From positions 390,574 to 454,573 of the forward strand of contig NW_003314345.1 of assembly GCF_000143415.4 (NCBI RefSeq): a DNA stretch of 64,000 nucleotides, written 5' to 3'. The translations under genes and the position numbers were made by a program. Position 1 is the first letter of the stretch. Every line of letters begins with the position of its first letter. Source of the stretch: Selaginella moellendorffii (taxonomy: Eukaryota; Plantae; Lycopodiophyta). The notes under the pieces were generated by a model, which had not been told where the DNA came from, did not search any database, and saw only the letters and a list, made by a program, of their open reading frames with translations. This document shows positions 1 through 12,015 of the stretch, piece after piece.

Positions 1-44
1 TTGCATCTGACCAAATTTCTGTTTCTGGTGGCAATGAATATGCT

Positions 45-577
45 CTGCATCTCTCACCTCTGCATCCGCGACACCATTCCCCGCGCAGCAAGTGGCGCCA
101 CTTCCAGACACTCGAGATTGTTGCCTGGTGGACTTCCGGCAGTGCTACAGCTCCGCCCCGGTGGGAGTTTCCTTCGCCCAGTGGCCAGCGACCGGACGTT
201 TTTGGTGGTGTACAGCCGCGAGAGGGATCGATCAACGCGAGAGTTCTGCATTGCTAGCTCGGCTAGGGGCGAGTGGTTCAGGGGCGACGATTGCCCAGAA
301 AGAATGCCGGCGCTGGATCACGGTGAGGTGGTGGCGTTTTGCCATGAGGATCGCGATATACAACCTGTGGGATGGTTCCTGGCGAGTTTTTCGTGTTCCA
401 CGAGTTGCTGGGATGTTCTATCGGGTGCTACCTTCGGCTGGATCGGGACCAGTGTTTGGTGGTGAGCGAATTCGATGCTGATGAGTTTCACGATAGCAGA
501 GGGAGGGAGAGGAGTGGGAGATTGTGTTTTATGGTGAGGACATTGTGAATAGCAGCTTGCTTGGTTCTCCTGTTAAG
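45..577 (+). pseudogene. Decayed paralog of the local F-box gene family
   Basis: Blocks such as ttccccgcgcagcaagtggcgc, ggtggtgtacagccgcgagagggatcgatc and the terminal ggttctcctgttaagta match the F-box gene at 23865-24914, with many deletions and frameshifts. Confidence 0.7.
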
Positions 578-917
578 TATGCTTTTCCTCTTTTCAAGTA
601 AAACCTTACCAGGAGCGAGACACTGGGCCTCGGACCACGCATACTCAATTCTTCGTTTTGTGGTTGTTTTAGATGCAAACGTGGAGGATAAGAGACCCAA
701 GGTGTAATCCGAAACTCGTGAAGATCCAACAAGCAGCCTCAAGAGAAAAAAAGAGAAGATCCAACAAGAGCGCTCTTGGCACCTTTGACAAACTTTGTAC
801 TTCAGTGTCCTTCACAAAGATAAGGTTTCTTTTTCCTGCTGCTGGATCATCTTGTCAAGGCACGCCAACTATGCAAAGTTTTGAGCAACCTTTGTGTGAT
901 GCTCCAGCTCCAGTAAG

Positions 918-2399
918 TTAAACCTCAGCTTTACCCGCAAGTGGAACAGTCCCATTGACAGTCCTGTGCCTGGGATCGGTTAATCTCGCGCAAACGCTAA
1001 TGAATCCCGCCTCGCGCATTGCCTCTTCCAGATCCAAGCCATAGTAGTCATCCAACCAAGGCTCGGTCGACTTTTGAAGTGTAAATAACACCGGTGGCAG
1101 GCTTTGCAGAATTTTAGACTTCGGCTGCAACAACAACGAGATTCAAGTTACTGTGGACTGATAAAAGAAAGAGAAAAGAACATACTGAATTGTCTGTGAT
1201 TGCAATTGTGCCTCCCGGTTTGAGAACCCTATATGCCTCTTTTAGAAGTCCCTTAGTCGCATGGACCGGACACTCGTGGATCTAAGCACAATGTCTTTCG
1301 TCAGCTGGTTCTATGAAAGAAAAGCAAGTTTCACGTACCACATACGCAATGGACACTATGTCGAAGGTGCATGAAGGAAATCCTGTGTGTTCGCCATTTG
1401 CGTGATGCCAGCGGATGGGATTCCTTTGGAGCTTGCCATCAGCAATCCGCTGCTTCTCTTTGTGCTGGGCAACGGCAAGGAAATAGGGGGATAAATCTAG
1501 CCCCTGGAAGCCATCGTTAGCAAGAGAACGAAAACTATCTACTAGAAAGGAACACACAGTGATTTGAGCAGAAGGAAAAGCTTCAGCAAGGTAGATTGTG
1601 CTCAAACCAACCGAACATCCCACGTCTAAAACTTGAGAGACTGGGAGGACCGAGTTCTGGCTATGGTAGCTCTCAAGTGCTCTTATCCAGTTTCCCCTGA
1701 GCACTTCTAGCGCTTCTTCCGTGGTTTCTGCGGCTGGAAGCGCCCGCCTGACCATCGACATTGTGGCTACCTCAGCTTCGGAAGCTGCCTGATACATGAT
1801 CCTGGTTTTGTAGCTATCAGTCACGAAAGAAATAAAAAAAAAGTTCGTGCGTGAATCTCACCTCCCAGCAAAGGTTGCCTTTGGTATAAGCATGGAACTT
1901 CTGGAGATAATCTAGAAACGAACAAAACCATAAACACTTGAAAGTTTCTCTAGCTGGAAAGAAGAACTTACACTCGGGATACACGATCGACTTGTTCTCA
2001 ACCAGCTCCTTCTCTGCTTTTATTTCTTCCGAGCCAAGGATTTGAGAGGACAAACTCCTCCATGGAATTCCCTTCTTCTCTGCAGTCCTGGATGCTACAA
2101 GAAAAAAGAATGAATCTCAATACAAATCTTACAAAGCTTTACCGAAGGAAAACCTGGCGGCCCGCGAATTGCATCGCAGCAAAGAGCGGCCCAATGGAAA
2201 TGAGCCCACTTACAAGCCTGGATAAGGGCTCGTCGCCACTGTACCTCGGCTGCTTCAATGCGCCCTCCTCATACGGGCCACGCCTCCAATCGTTGGCCAC
2301 TGCTCGTGAAATGTGGCTCAATCTGCTACTCCCTCTCTGCTGGAAATGAAAATCGCCTCTCCCAATCGACGCAACGCCGCAGACACACGCGGACCTCAT
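918..2399 (-). CDS. Class I SAM-dependent methyltransferase (multi-exon, probable organelle transit peptide)
   Basis: Exons give VLDVGCSVGLST (SAM motif I), GLDLSPYFLAVA, HANGEHTGFPSCTFDIVS, YLQKFHAYTKGNLCW and C-terminal LFTLQKSTEPWLDDYY...TDPRHRT. Short GT-AG introns; ATG at 2399, stop at 918. Confidence 0.85.
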
Positions 2400-2699
2400 G
2401 GTTAAAGCCCAAGAACCCTAAAATACCAGAGCTGAATTTGCATGGAGATCATCGTGTGAAGTTACACTTCGCTGGCTAGAGAATGTTCTTAGATTATTGT
2501 TGAAATCGGCCACGATGCTCGTCTCAGCTGCTCGTCCCAGAAGGCAATGGAGGCCTTCACTGGATCCGCGGGAGAACCGAACATCCTAATTCACATCAAC
2601 AATCTGCTGGATTTTTATAGTTACTTGGAATGTTGTTTCAAGATAGAAATGGGTTTCTAAACGCTACCAACAAAATTCACAAGAATTGCTTCATTTTAT

Positions 2700-3202
2700 A
2701 TCTGAAAATGTAAACAATTCTTGAAACTTCTGGACGTTTAAGACTTCTAGATATTTAAAAAGAGGTGAAAGAGGAGTTGTGGGGAAAAGAGGATTTAGAT
2801 GCTACAATAGGAAGAGAGTTACAATGATAGGACTGATCAAACATAGAATTTCTCAAGAAGAACCACTAGAGGAGAAGAGTAAATATACCTATCAATGGTT
2901 GAATTGTTGGGTTGAACTCCAAAGATCATCTCTTTGCAAGCCTTAGTCATCCATGAAGTTTTCTAGAATTTGGGTAAAACAATTTCAAGGTCTTATCTTT
3001 CCTATAGCACTGCAAAGAGATTTAAAACAATTTGTAGTTTGAACTAATTTAAACCCATTGAATACTCCTTTCTGGGGGTCTTCTTGAGAACTATGCGTGA
3101 CCAGTTCTGTTGTTGTAACTATCTTCCCATTCTAGCATCCTCTTTTCCCCATCCATCTGGAAGCCTCTTTTAAATATCCAGAAGCCTTATAAATTTTCAG
3201 AT
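2700..3202. repeat. Imperfect long inverted repeat (foldback, MITE-like)
   Basis: The reverse complement of 3061-3202 (atctgaaaat...cttctggatatttaaaagagg...ggggaaaagaggat...ttctcaagaaga) aligns with 2700-2882. Confidence 0.65.
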
Positions 3203-3224
3203 CTGAAAGTCTAGAAAAAAAAAA

Positions 3225-3650
3225 ATTTCAACTACACTTTCAAGCTTCCTGGGAACTGTATTAGTCCCACGATGTCAGATCTACAGCGATGTTATATAAC
3301 TCCATCAATTACTTGCAACTATGATGTTTCTCTTCTCAGCCTTCTTGAGGGCACACGGCTGCTGCTAGTGCTTCTCAACCACGGCTTGTTTCCCTCGCTC
3401 AAAAAGAGCTGCTATCTTTCATGCCCAATCCTGAAGAGAGATTAAAAGCTTAAGAACTGAAAAGATAGAGAACAATAGAAAACTCACCTGGATGTTCCCT
3501 TGGATTTGCAACTTTTCCTTGATTGAACTTCCCTCGCCTCTCTGGCTGATTCCTCTTTACTGTAGCTCCTCTTTTTCCGCTGCTCCTGATGCACGAAAGA
3601 CAAGAATAAACATCGCCTCGTTATATGTAGGTTCTTTTCTTCATCACTTC
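3225..3650 (-). pseudogene. Degraded copy of the 3' exons of the AKAP17A-like gene
   Basis: ttccctcgctcaaaaagagctgc...tctttcatg...caatcctgaag and aaaactcacc...gaaagacaagaataaaca match about 6360-6840. Confidence 0.75.
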
Positions 3651-3739
3651 CATTTGTTTTAGTCCCTTTGTTAAATGTGGACCCAAGGTGTTAAGAGAAA
3701 AAGATCAAGGCGGACAAATTTTGTAATTAAGCATCTTTT

Positions 3740-5120
3740 AATCAAGTGGAACAGTCCCTGGGATCAGTTTGGAGATAAATGCATCATTTATTGCAATATG
3801 ATAATATCCACTCTTTAGATCAATCTTGATAAACACTCGTGATTCTATTGATCATGAGGTGTTTTGTTGCATGCGGAGAAAATCAAATGAATCTTGCCTT
3901 GTGCATTACTTCTTCCAGATCCAAGCCACCAAAAACTTGTACAAATTAAATGATGTATAAAAAACAGTCTTAAGAATATTTTCTTTAGCCAACAACTTTT
4001 GAAGTGTAAATAACACAAGTGGCTGTGGAATGATAAAAGAAACAAAAAAGAACATACTGAATTGTTTGTGATTGCAATTGTGCCTCCCAGTTTGAAAATC
4101 CTATGTGCCTCTTCTAGAAGCTCTTTATTCACATGAACCGGACACTCATGGATCTAAGCACATCTTTCGTCATCTGGTTCTATGAAAGAAAAGCAAGTTT
4201 CACTTACCACATACGCAATACTATGTCAAAGGTGAAATCCTGTATGTTCGCCATTCGCATGCGGGCCGTTCCTTTGGAGCTTGCCATCAGCAATCTGCGC
4301 TTCTCTTTGTGCTGGGCAACGGCGAGGAAAGGGGAATACTGGAAGCCATCGTATTTACTAGAAAGGAACACTTAACATCCCATGTCCAAAACTTGAGAGA
4401 CTGGGAGGACCGAGTTCTGGCTATAGCAGCTCTCAACCCCCTGGTGTCTCGAAGCATGTATTACACCCAAGGTTTGGGATTTAGAGGGTCCTATGAACAA
4501 ATCTTGTTATACTACCATCGACATTGTGGCTACTTGAGCTGCCTGACACCACAGACATGATCCTGGTTTTGTAGCTATCAGTCACAAAAGAAATGAAAGA
4601 AAGTTCGTGCGTGAATCTCACCTCCCAGCAAAGGTTGCCGTTGGTATAAGCGTGAAACTTCTGTAGATAATCTAGAAACGAACACAACCATAAGCACTTG
4701 AAAGTTTCTCTAGCTGGAAAGAACTTACGCTCGGGATACACGATCGACTTGTTCTCAACCAGCTCCTTCTCTGCTCTAATTTCTTCCGAATCAAGGATTT
4801 ACTCCTCCATGGAATTCCCTTCTTCTCTGCAGTCCTGGATGCTACAAGAAAAAAGAATGAATCTCAATACAAATCTTTCAAATCTTTACCGAAGGAAAAC
4901 CTCGCGCCCCGCGAATTGCATCGCAGTAAAGAGTGGCCCAATGGAAATGAGCCCAGTTACAAGCCTGGATAAGAGCTCGTACCTCGGCTGCTTCAATGCG
5001 TCCTCCTCATACGGGCCGCGCCTCCAATCGTTGGCCACTGCTCGTGAAATGTGGCTCAATCTGCTACTCCCTCTCTTCTGGAAATGAAAATCGCCTCTCC
5101 CAATCGAGGCAACGCCGCAA
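3740..5120 (-). pseudogene. Tandem duplicate of the methyltransferase gene, degraded
   Basis: Near-identical 5' exons and introns (4560-5120 vs 1795-2380). Deletions remove the VLDVGCSVG region and the start; the 3' part is frameshifted. Confidence 0.85.
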
Positions 5121-6428
5121 GATCATCGTATTTCTCTGGCCGAGTACATGGAGAATGTTCTTACCGTGACGCCACGATGCTCATCTCAGCTGCTCGCACA
5201 CCAGGAGTCCCAGACGTGCCGCGAGAAGCCATGGGATCCCCGCGCTAACCGAACAGCCTGTGAAGAATCACAATTAAGCTTTCATGAAAAGCTTGGATGA
5301 ATCTTGTTTCTTATGCAATCAAGAATTGGGGAATAGGATGGAATGTTGTTTCAAGGTAGAAATGGGTTTTTAAACGCCTATGCTGAACTCGACATGTGCA
5401 GAAGTTGCAAGAATCGCTTCATTTTCAGATCTGAAAATGTAACGATTCTTGAACTTCTTCACGTTAAGACTTCTGGATATTTAAAAAGGAGTTCAAGTTG
5501 GGAGCGGTTGCACAGGGGGGAAAGAGCCCACCAATGGAGTTCTGACTAAGATGGAGCTGCTATGCAGAGGGAAAAAAAAAACATCAAGAGGATTTACGAT
5601 GGGAAGAGAGCAATTAGAATGGTGTTACAGAGCAGCATCAAACGCCACCACTTGAGTCTGTTTCCTCGCAATGGAATCAGAGAGGCCAAGAAGCTCCACA
5701 AGTGATTTTAAAGTGTGAATTTGCTAGACTAGACCATCTACAACGACAGGACTGATCAAGCATGGAGTTTCTCAAGTAGCATGCATATGGGTTGAATTAC
5801 AAAATATTCCAAGGATTTAACAACAAAATGTGTTTCATGGGTTGAATTATAAAATATTCCACAGTTTGAATTACAACATTGAACCTTGGGAACATTTTGT
5901 AGTTTGAACTTCGGAACATTTTATAGTTTGGACCTTCAAACATTTTCCAAAGGAACAGCCCATATGCATTGCCTATCTTTGCAAGCCTTAGCCTCTAGAA
6001 TTTATGTGAAAACAATTTCAACGTCTCAATCTTTCCCATGCATAGTGACACCAATCTCCAAATCTCCCAAAGCGCAAAATTTTAACCTCCTTCATAGTGG
6101 ACACAATTGCTCTTCCATGTTCTATTGTCCAGGGACAAAATCCTTCCCAAGCAAGTTAATCAACACACAAACACTAGAAAAGATGCAAAGTACTTTCAAG
6201 CTTGAAAGTATAGGTGAAAAATTGCATTTTTCTTCAGATCTGATATATGTTACGGGACAGGGAATGGGTGCTGTGCTCTGTCCCTGGAAAAGAGAACATA
6301 CTTATAGCACCCAAGAAAGAGTTAACAACAGCCAGGGAAACTACTTATATACTTCGACAATTTCAAGCTTCCAGGGAGAATATATTAATCCCATGATGTA
6401 AGATCTACAGAGATGTTATATAGCTTCA

Positions 6429-8314
6429 TCAGTTACTTGAAACTATGATACTTCTCAGCCTTCTCGATGGCACCCGGCTGTTGCTTGTGCTTCTCGACTC
6501 TGGCTGCTCGACTAAAGGCCACGGCTCGTTTCCCTCGCTCAAAAAGAGCTGCCATCTTTCATGCTCAATCCTGAAGAAAGATTAAACAGCTTAAGAACCG
6601 GAAAGCTAGAGAATTTAGGAGAAAACTCACCCGGATGCTCCCTCGGATCTGCGATTTTTCCTGGCTTCAGCTTCCCTCTCTTGCCTCTCTCGCTGATTCC
6701 TCTTTACCTCGTCTTGCTGCTTTCGCAGCTCCTCTTTTTTCCGCTGCTCCTGGGAGACATGGACCTTAGTACACACGAAAGACAAGAATAAACACCGCCT
6801 TGCCTGTTCCTCTAGCAGCTTTCTCGTTGCCTCCCGAATCTGTCGGTTCTTTTCCTCAACAAGCTTCAAAGCGGCCTCTTCTTCCCGCTTCCGTCGCTCC
6901 TATGCACACACGAAAAACAAAAGAAACTTCAAGGACGTGGAGAAAGAAAAAGAAAAGAAGACGACGAACCTCTTCTAATCGCCGCTGTTCTTCCAAGATC
7001 CGAAGCTGCTGCAATCGCTCCTCCTCTTCCTCCTTTCGCCGCCGCTCCTCCTCTTCCCTAACACCACACCAGTTTCCTCGCGTCAAGCCGCACACACCAT
7101 TTGCAAAACCTGAACATCCAGTCAGCTTAGCAAACGCTAACTACGGCAATCCGGCTATGGTCTGTCTCACCTTTGAGCTTGCTCAGCAGCTCTGGCTAAC
7201 CTTTCCGCTTCCTCGGCCGCCGCCGTTCGCATCTCCTCCGCCAGCCGCTCTTCTTCTGCGAGCCTAGCCTCCTCAGCAAGTCTAGCCTCTTCCGCTCTCC
7301 TAGCCTCCTCTGCCTTTCGTGCTTCCTCGGCTTTTCTCTGTTGCTCCGCCACCTTCTGTGCTTGAGCTAGCCGAGCGTCGTTCGCAAGCTTCAGTGCGTG
7401 TTCTTTATCAAAACGCCGCTTTCGTATGTTCATAGGACTGAAGAACAAGCTATTGTCCCACTCCAACAGATAATTGGCTTTGAAACTTGAACCGTCCTGC
7501 GTATACCACCGTGAGTACCAACGACAAGAGGTTACTAAGAAGTCTCACCTTTTGCATTGAGCGGCCACACAGTGCCTCCACTGCGTTGTAAAATCCAGAA
7601 TACCTTTCATATTGGATCCATACGTTGCACTGTAGCGATGAAGTTTTCCCAGTGTCACTCTCGTTCACAATCTCCAAGTTTCTGCAAAGAAGAAGATTAG
7701 AACCGGTTGTAGAACAATAGACTACGACCAACCTGAGTTTCCCAAACTTGGAGAAGACCGTGTGAGTTACTAGCACAGATGCTTGAGTAGAAACGCGTGG
7801 CTCAGCAAACCACCGAGAAGGCAGTCCCTTCAAAACCAAAGTATCTGGAAACTTGGAGCTATGATCTGAAAGAAAACCGAAAAGAATAGATCAAGAATCC
7901 TCCAAACAACTGAGAGAACTTACCAGAAACATCACTGCCAAAGACCGTCTCCCACGAAGATCGCAATGCCGCAAAGCTATCCTTCTCGTCGAACTGGACA
8001 CCACAACGCAGCTTGGCTCCACCGATGATAAACTCGACACCATCAAGAGCTCCAATACAGCTCTTCCTCGCAAGCTCCACTTGAGAATCCCACACAAAGA
8101 GCTCCCAAGTCACTGCCTCCTCCTCCACTCTACACTTGACAAGATCCTTCTCTCCAAGCTCCACTTTCAAGCTCTTCCTCACGACACTCCTCACCCATTC
8201 CTTGAGCAGCCACTCATCGATGTGCTTCACAGCGGATCTACCAAGCCGCCGAAAGACGAGGAACAATCTCACCCGCGGTAGCAGCGCCAAGCCGTGCTCC
8301 AAGCGCTCCGCCAT
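6429..8314 (-). CDS. AKAP17A/SFRS17A-like (plant ZCW7-type) splicing-related protein
   Basis: LLPRVRLFLV...IDEWLLKE, PDTLVLKGLPSRWFAEPRVS...THTVFSKFGKLRNLEI and VWIQYERYSGFYNAVEALCGRSMQK, followed by a long charged E/R/K coiled-coil tail. The last exon reads to TGA at 6431-6429. Confidence 0.8.
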
Positions 8315-8368
8315 AGCTCTCTCCTCGCTCGATCAATCCCTAGCCAAGTAGGGCAAAATAAAACCCCT

Positions 8369-10372
8369 ATGAGAAGAACCGGCAATGAATCGAATCGATT
8401 GAAGCAGGAGCTCGCGTGCTTGATCAAGAGCTGTGGCGAATCCCGCGATTTGGATCGCGCGCGCCAGGCCCTCGCGGCAATCCGGTCGACCGCTCACAAG
8501 CACAATCGCTGCCTCGCCAATCTGGCCGTGGAGATGTTTGGCAAATGCGGCAGCGTGGACGATGCCCAGGCCACATTCGATAGCATCGCGGACCCAAACC
8601 TCTTCTCCTGGAACATCCTCACGAGAGCTTATGCCCTAAATGGGCATTTGGAGAAAGCTAAGGAGATCTTTGATCGAATGCCGTCGCGAGACGAGATAAC
8701 TTGGACAGATCTAATCTCGGCGTTTGGAGATCATGGAGTGATCGAGCAAGCTAGAAATATCTTCGATCGAATGCCCAGATGGGACGTAGTAGCGGCGACG
8801 TGCTTTCTCACTGCAAATGCCCAAGCTGGGCATTTGGAGTGTTTGAAGTGTTTGTTTGATTCTTTGCCCGGCAGAGACATCGTGTCTTGGAACGCCACTC
8901 TCGCCGGCTATGGATCAAATGGCTGCGTCTCCGAATCGATGGAGCTCCTCGCGAGGATGCCGCAGCACAATGCCTTGTCGTGCACTGCCGCGATCGCGGC
9001 ATGCGCCGAGAATCATCGCCTGGACGACGCTAGGGTTCTATTCGATCGAATGCCATTCGCGACGGCGCTGGCATCCACGATCCTCGTCTCGTCCTACGCG
9101 CAGGCCGGGCGGATCGACGATTCCAAGAGCGTCTTCGATCGATTGGAGGCCCGGACGGTGGTGTCGTGGAACGCGATCTTCAATGCCTACATCCACACGG
9201 GGCGATTCGCCGATGCCAAGAGGGCTTTCGATCGAATGCCAGCGCGGGACGCGATCTCCTGGAACGCGATGATCGCAGGCTACTCCCAGTATGGATTTCT
9301 CGAGGAATGCGTAGATCTCTTCCACGCGAGCCCCCATTCCAGTGTGGTTTCCTGGACGGCTGTGGTGGTCGCGTGTGCCGAGGGCGGGCAGCTCGATCGC
9401 GCAGAGCAGGCATTCCGATCGATGCCAGCGCGCGATATCGTCGCCTGGAATGCGATCGCGGCGGCGATGTTCGCTGGAGGGGACCTGGAGCGCGCGAGAT
9501 CGGCAGTGGATCGGATGCCCGGGCACAACGTCTCGACCTGGAACGCGATCATCACGGGCTACGCTCTCGCCGGGGATCCCATCCAAGCCAAGGCGATCTT
9601 CGATGCGATGCGACGCCGGAATTCCTTCTCCTGGAGCGCTCTCCTCCAGTCATCCTCTCACGACCTCGATCTCTCTCGCGCGCTCTTCGATCGCATCCCA
9701 GTGAAAGATGCAGCGTCGTGGAACGCGATAATCTTCTCGCACGCACGGCTGGGGCATCTGGATCGAGCAAAGGCGCTGTTCGATTCAATGCCGGGGGAGG
9801 ACTCCGTGATCGCGGCCTGGACTTCGATGATCACGGCGTACGCGCGAGCCGGGCGAGTGGATCTAGCAAAGGAGCTCTTCGATCGATCGAGGGTGCCAAG
9901 CCCAGTTCTTTGCAACGCGATGATCGCGGCATATGCCCAGAATGGGCATTACCGGGAGGTGTTCCAAGGGCTTGTGGAGATGAGCTTGCGAGGGATTAGG
10001 GCAGACACCATCACATTCGTCCTCCTCCTCATGGCGTGCAGCCATCGCGGCCTCGCAGACAAGAGCCGCGATTTCTTCGTGGCTATGGTGGCGGATCACG
10101 GCGTGGCGCCCTGCTCGGAGCACTACAACTGCGTCGTTGACGCGCTAGGGCGATCTGGGCGTGTTCTTGAGGCGGAGGATCTCGTCGCAGCGATGCCAAT
10201 CTTGCCGCACAGCACTGCTTGCCGATCGCTCCTTGGCGCTTGCCGGATCCACGGCGAGATGGAAATGGGGCAGCGCGCGGCGCGCGGGGCGATTGGATTG
10301 GAGGAATCGTCCGGGGTTTCATCCGACTTCGTGCTCCTCTCAAATATCTATAGCGCTCTTCATTGGCAGTGA
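8369..10372 (+). CDS. PLS-class pentatricopeptide repeat protein with E domain, no DYW (organellar RNA-editing factor type)
   Basis: Single exon with about 18 repeats of the A..FDRMP.RD.VSWNA type, then HYNCVVDALGRSGR, SLLGACRIHG and FVLLSNIY (E domain). First ATG at 8369. Confidence 0.92.
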   Translation: MRRTGNESNRLKQELACLIKSCGESRDLDRARQALAAIRSTAHKHNRCLANLAVEMFGKCGSVDDAQATFDSIADPNLFSWNILTRAYALNGHLEKAKEIFDRMPSRDEITWTDLISAFGDHGVIEQARNIFDRMPRWDVVAATCFLTANAQAGHLECLKCLFDSLPGRDIVSWNATLAGYGSNGCVSESMELLARMPQHNALSCTAAIAACAENHRLDDARVLFDRMPFATALASTILVSSYAQAGRIDDSKSVFDRLEARTVVSWNAIFNAYIHTGRFADAKRAFDRMPARDAISWNAMIAGYSQYGFLEECVDLFHASPHSSVVSWTAVVVACAEGGQLDRAEQAFRSMPARDIVAWNAIAAAMFAGGDLERARSAVDRMPGHNVSTWNAIITGYALAGDPIQAKAIFDAMRRRNSFSWSALLQSSSHDLDLSRALFDRIPVKDAASWNAIIFSHARLGHLDRAKALFDSMPGEDSVIAAWTSMITAYARAGRVDLAKELFDRSRVPSPVLCNAMIAAYAQNGHYREVFQGLVEMSLRGIRADTITFVLLLMACSHRGLADKSRDFFVAMVADHGVAPCSEHYNCVVDALGRSGRVLEAEDLVAAMPILPHSTACRSLLGACRIHGEMEMGQRAARGAIGLEESSGVSSDFVLLSNIYSALHWQ

Positions 10373-11490
10373 GGGTTTAGGGTTTTTGGGGATAGCGCTG
10401 GCAGTCGCGCTACGCCGGCTGTGTGATCTTGCACGGATGACATCGAGGAGGCCTATCGTCTCATTGTTCTCACGCTGGTAAGATTCTAGCCAAAGTTCTT
10501 AGTGTTCTTATTGTGTGCTTGGCAGACGCATCCGGAGAATAGGCCCAGTAAGAATGCGCACTTGGTTCCACCGTTTTGTGGATCGGACCTGGTGTTCAGC
10601 TCGAGGCAGTGGAGCAGCCATGTCGTTGGTAAGTGTAGCGCTTTGTTTCCAAATGGTTCTCTCATTTTACTCTTTGTTCTAGGACGAGTAAGTCACTGGA
10701 TGGCGATGACGATATTGCTCGTCCCGATTCGGAGCTTGTGTTGAAGAAGGAGCTTAGCTGGGCTGCGCATCTCTCAGTACAGGTTTGTGTTTGTTTGTGG
10801 ACTTGCCGTTCTTACCAGGCGTGTTTATTTCCAACTCCGAAGGTATTTGGCTGTGCAAACTATGCGAGGTGCGTCAATCAGGTTCTCCAAGGCCTGGGGA
10901 GCAGGATGGTTTTGGATCCTAAGAGGTTTGTTTCAGCTATGGCTCAGATTGCCATTGCAATTTGAGGAGGCAGAGCTGAAGATGCTACATATCTGGTAAA
11001 CATTGGTTTTGTTCGTGTTTCTTCAATCTGTGATTGCTTCGGGAGAGTCAGTAAACCGGTTTGTGATTCAATGGGGAATGGTGGCATATGTTTTGTACCC
11101 TTTGCGAGTATCATAAGATTGTCTTTACAGTCCACTTGTACCCAACTGAGGAGTATGGGACTCTAAACTACATAAACTCGTAACCAGCGAGGCGTGCCGC
11201 TTGACATCACGTATGTTTCACTGTATATTCATTCATTATCCGCGGCAATCCTTTCAGAGCATCACTCGTTGGATTGGAGAACCGTTAAAAGGCCCGCTAT
11301 CCTCCATTCAAGTGTAAGTGCATAACACAAAGTGGCGATTTCTAGTAGCCAGAGTCACCAGAGTCCGATTACAATGCTGTTTAATCGCTCAGTGCAGGTT
11401 TGCTGCCTGTGTTCCACAGTTGACCATTTAATACTTTCACAGGTCATTGAGTCATTTCATTCAGTTGGTGCGTTTGAGTATGCGGAAGTT
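10370..11490 (+). pseudogene. 5' fragment of PRMT5 (DNA duplication retaining introns), copy 1
   Basis: Co-linear with 56026-57320, including upstream gagggtttagggttt, introns and exons ([34 protein letters not shown]). Start codon lost; many deletions. Confidence 0.88.
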
Positions 11491-11652
11491 TGCGTTTGAG
11501 TAAGCCACCACGAATTGAGGTAACTTTCTAGCTCCTAGAAACACTTTGATGAAGTGTCTCACAAGCTGTATGCTACTACGGATATTCCAAAATACCTTTT
11601 GGACATTGGGTATATCAGTCATGCACGGACTAGGGTTTCCGTAATAGTCTAA

Positions 11653-11895
11653 ATGTCTCAAGCAGTGCTGTCGCTCCCAGAGCTCACGCCCGCCCATGAA
11701 GGAAGCCCCACCCGAGAAGATTTCAAGAGGGCAAGTGGGATCAAACTGCGCTGCAAGACTTGTGGCGAGCCCTCCAGTTTTCTTGATTTTAACAATCACA
11801 AGATCACGCAGCCGCGATATAATTGTAAGGCCTGCCGTTTTACTGTCCAGTTAAGGGACGAGAATCTCTTGAGGGAGCTTCGTTTGATCGATTAA
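11653..11895 (+). CDS. 80-aa ORF with divergent Dof-like C2C2 zinc finger, copy 1
   Basis: CKTC-x20-CKAC containing F..FNN....QPRY, compared with the Dof consensus CPRC-x21-CxxC (KFCYYNNY...QPRYFC). Confidence 0.55.
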   Translation: MSQAVLSLPELTPAHEGSPTREDFKRASGIKLRCKTCGEPSSFLDFNNHKITQPRYNCKACRFTVQLRDENLLRELRLID

Positions 11896-12015
11896 GTAAA
11901 CCTTATAGACAAGATACGATGTTCCATGGGTATCTGCCCTACCTATAAGTAAAGTATTGAAGCTATATAACATGAAATATCTTCTCGTTCTTGTTCTTTA
12001 CCCAAAGGCACAAGA

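Noticed and set aside
8433-10343. Many overlapping alternative-frame and antisense ORFs within the PPR gene
   Set aside because: Shadow ORFs expected in GC-rich coding DNA; no recognisable motifs.
10371-10386. Interstitial telomere
   Set aside because: Only about two TTTAGGG units; it is the copied PRMT5 telo-box.
11461-11799. Antisense ORF MIVKIKKTGG... repeated at three loci
   Set aside because: Shadow of the Dof-like ORF; non-ATG start and variable length between copies.
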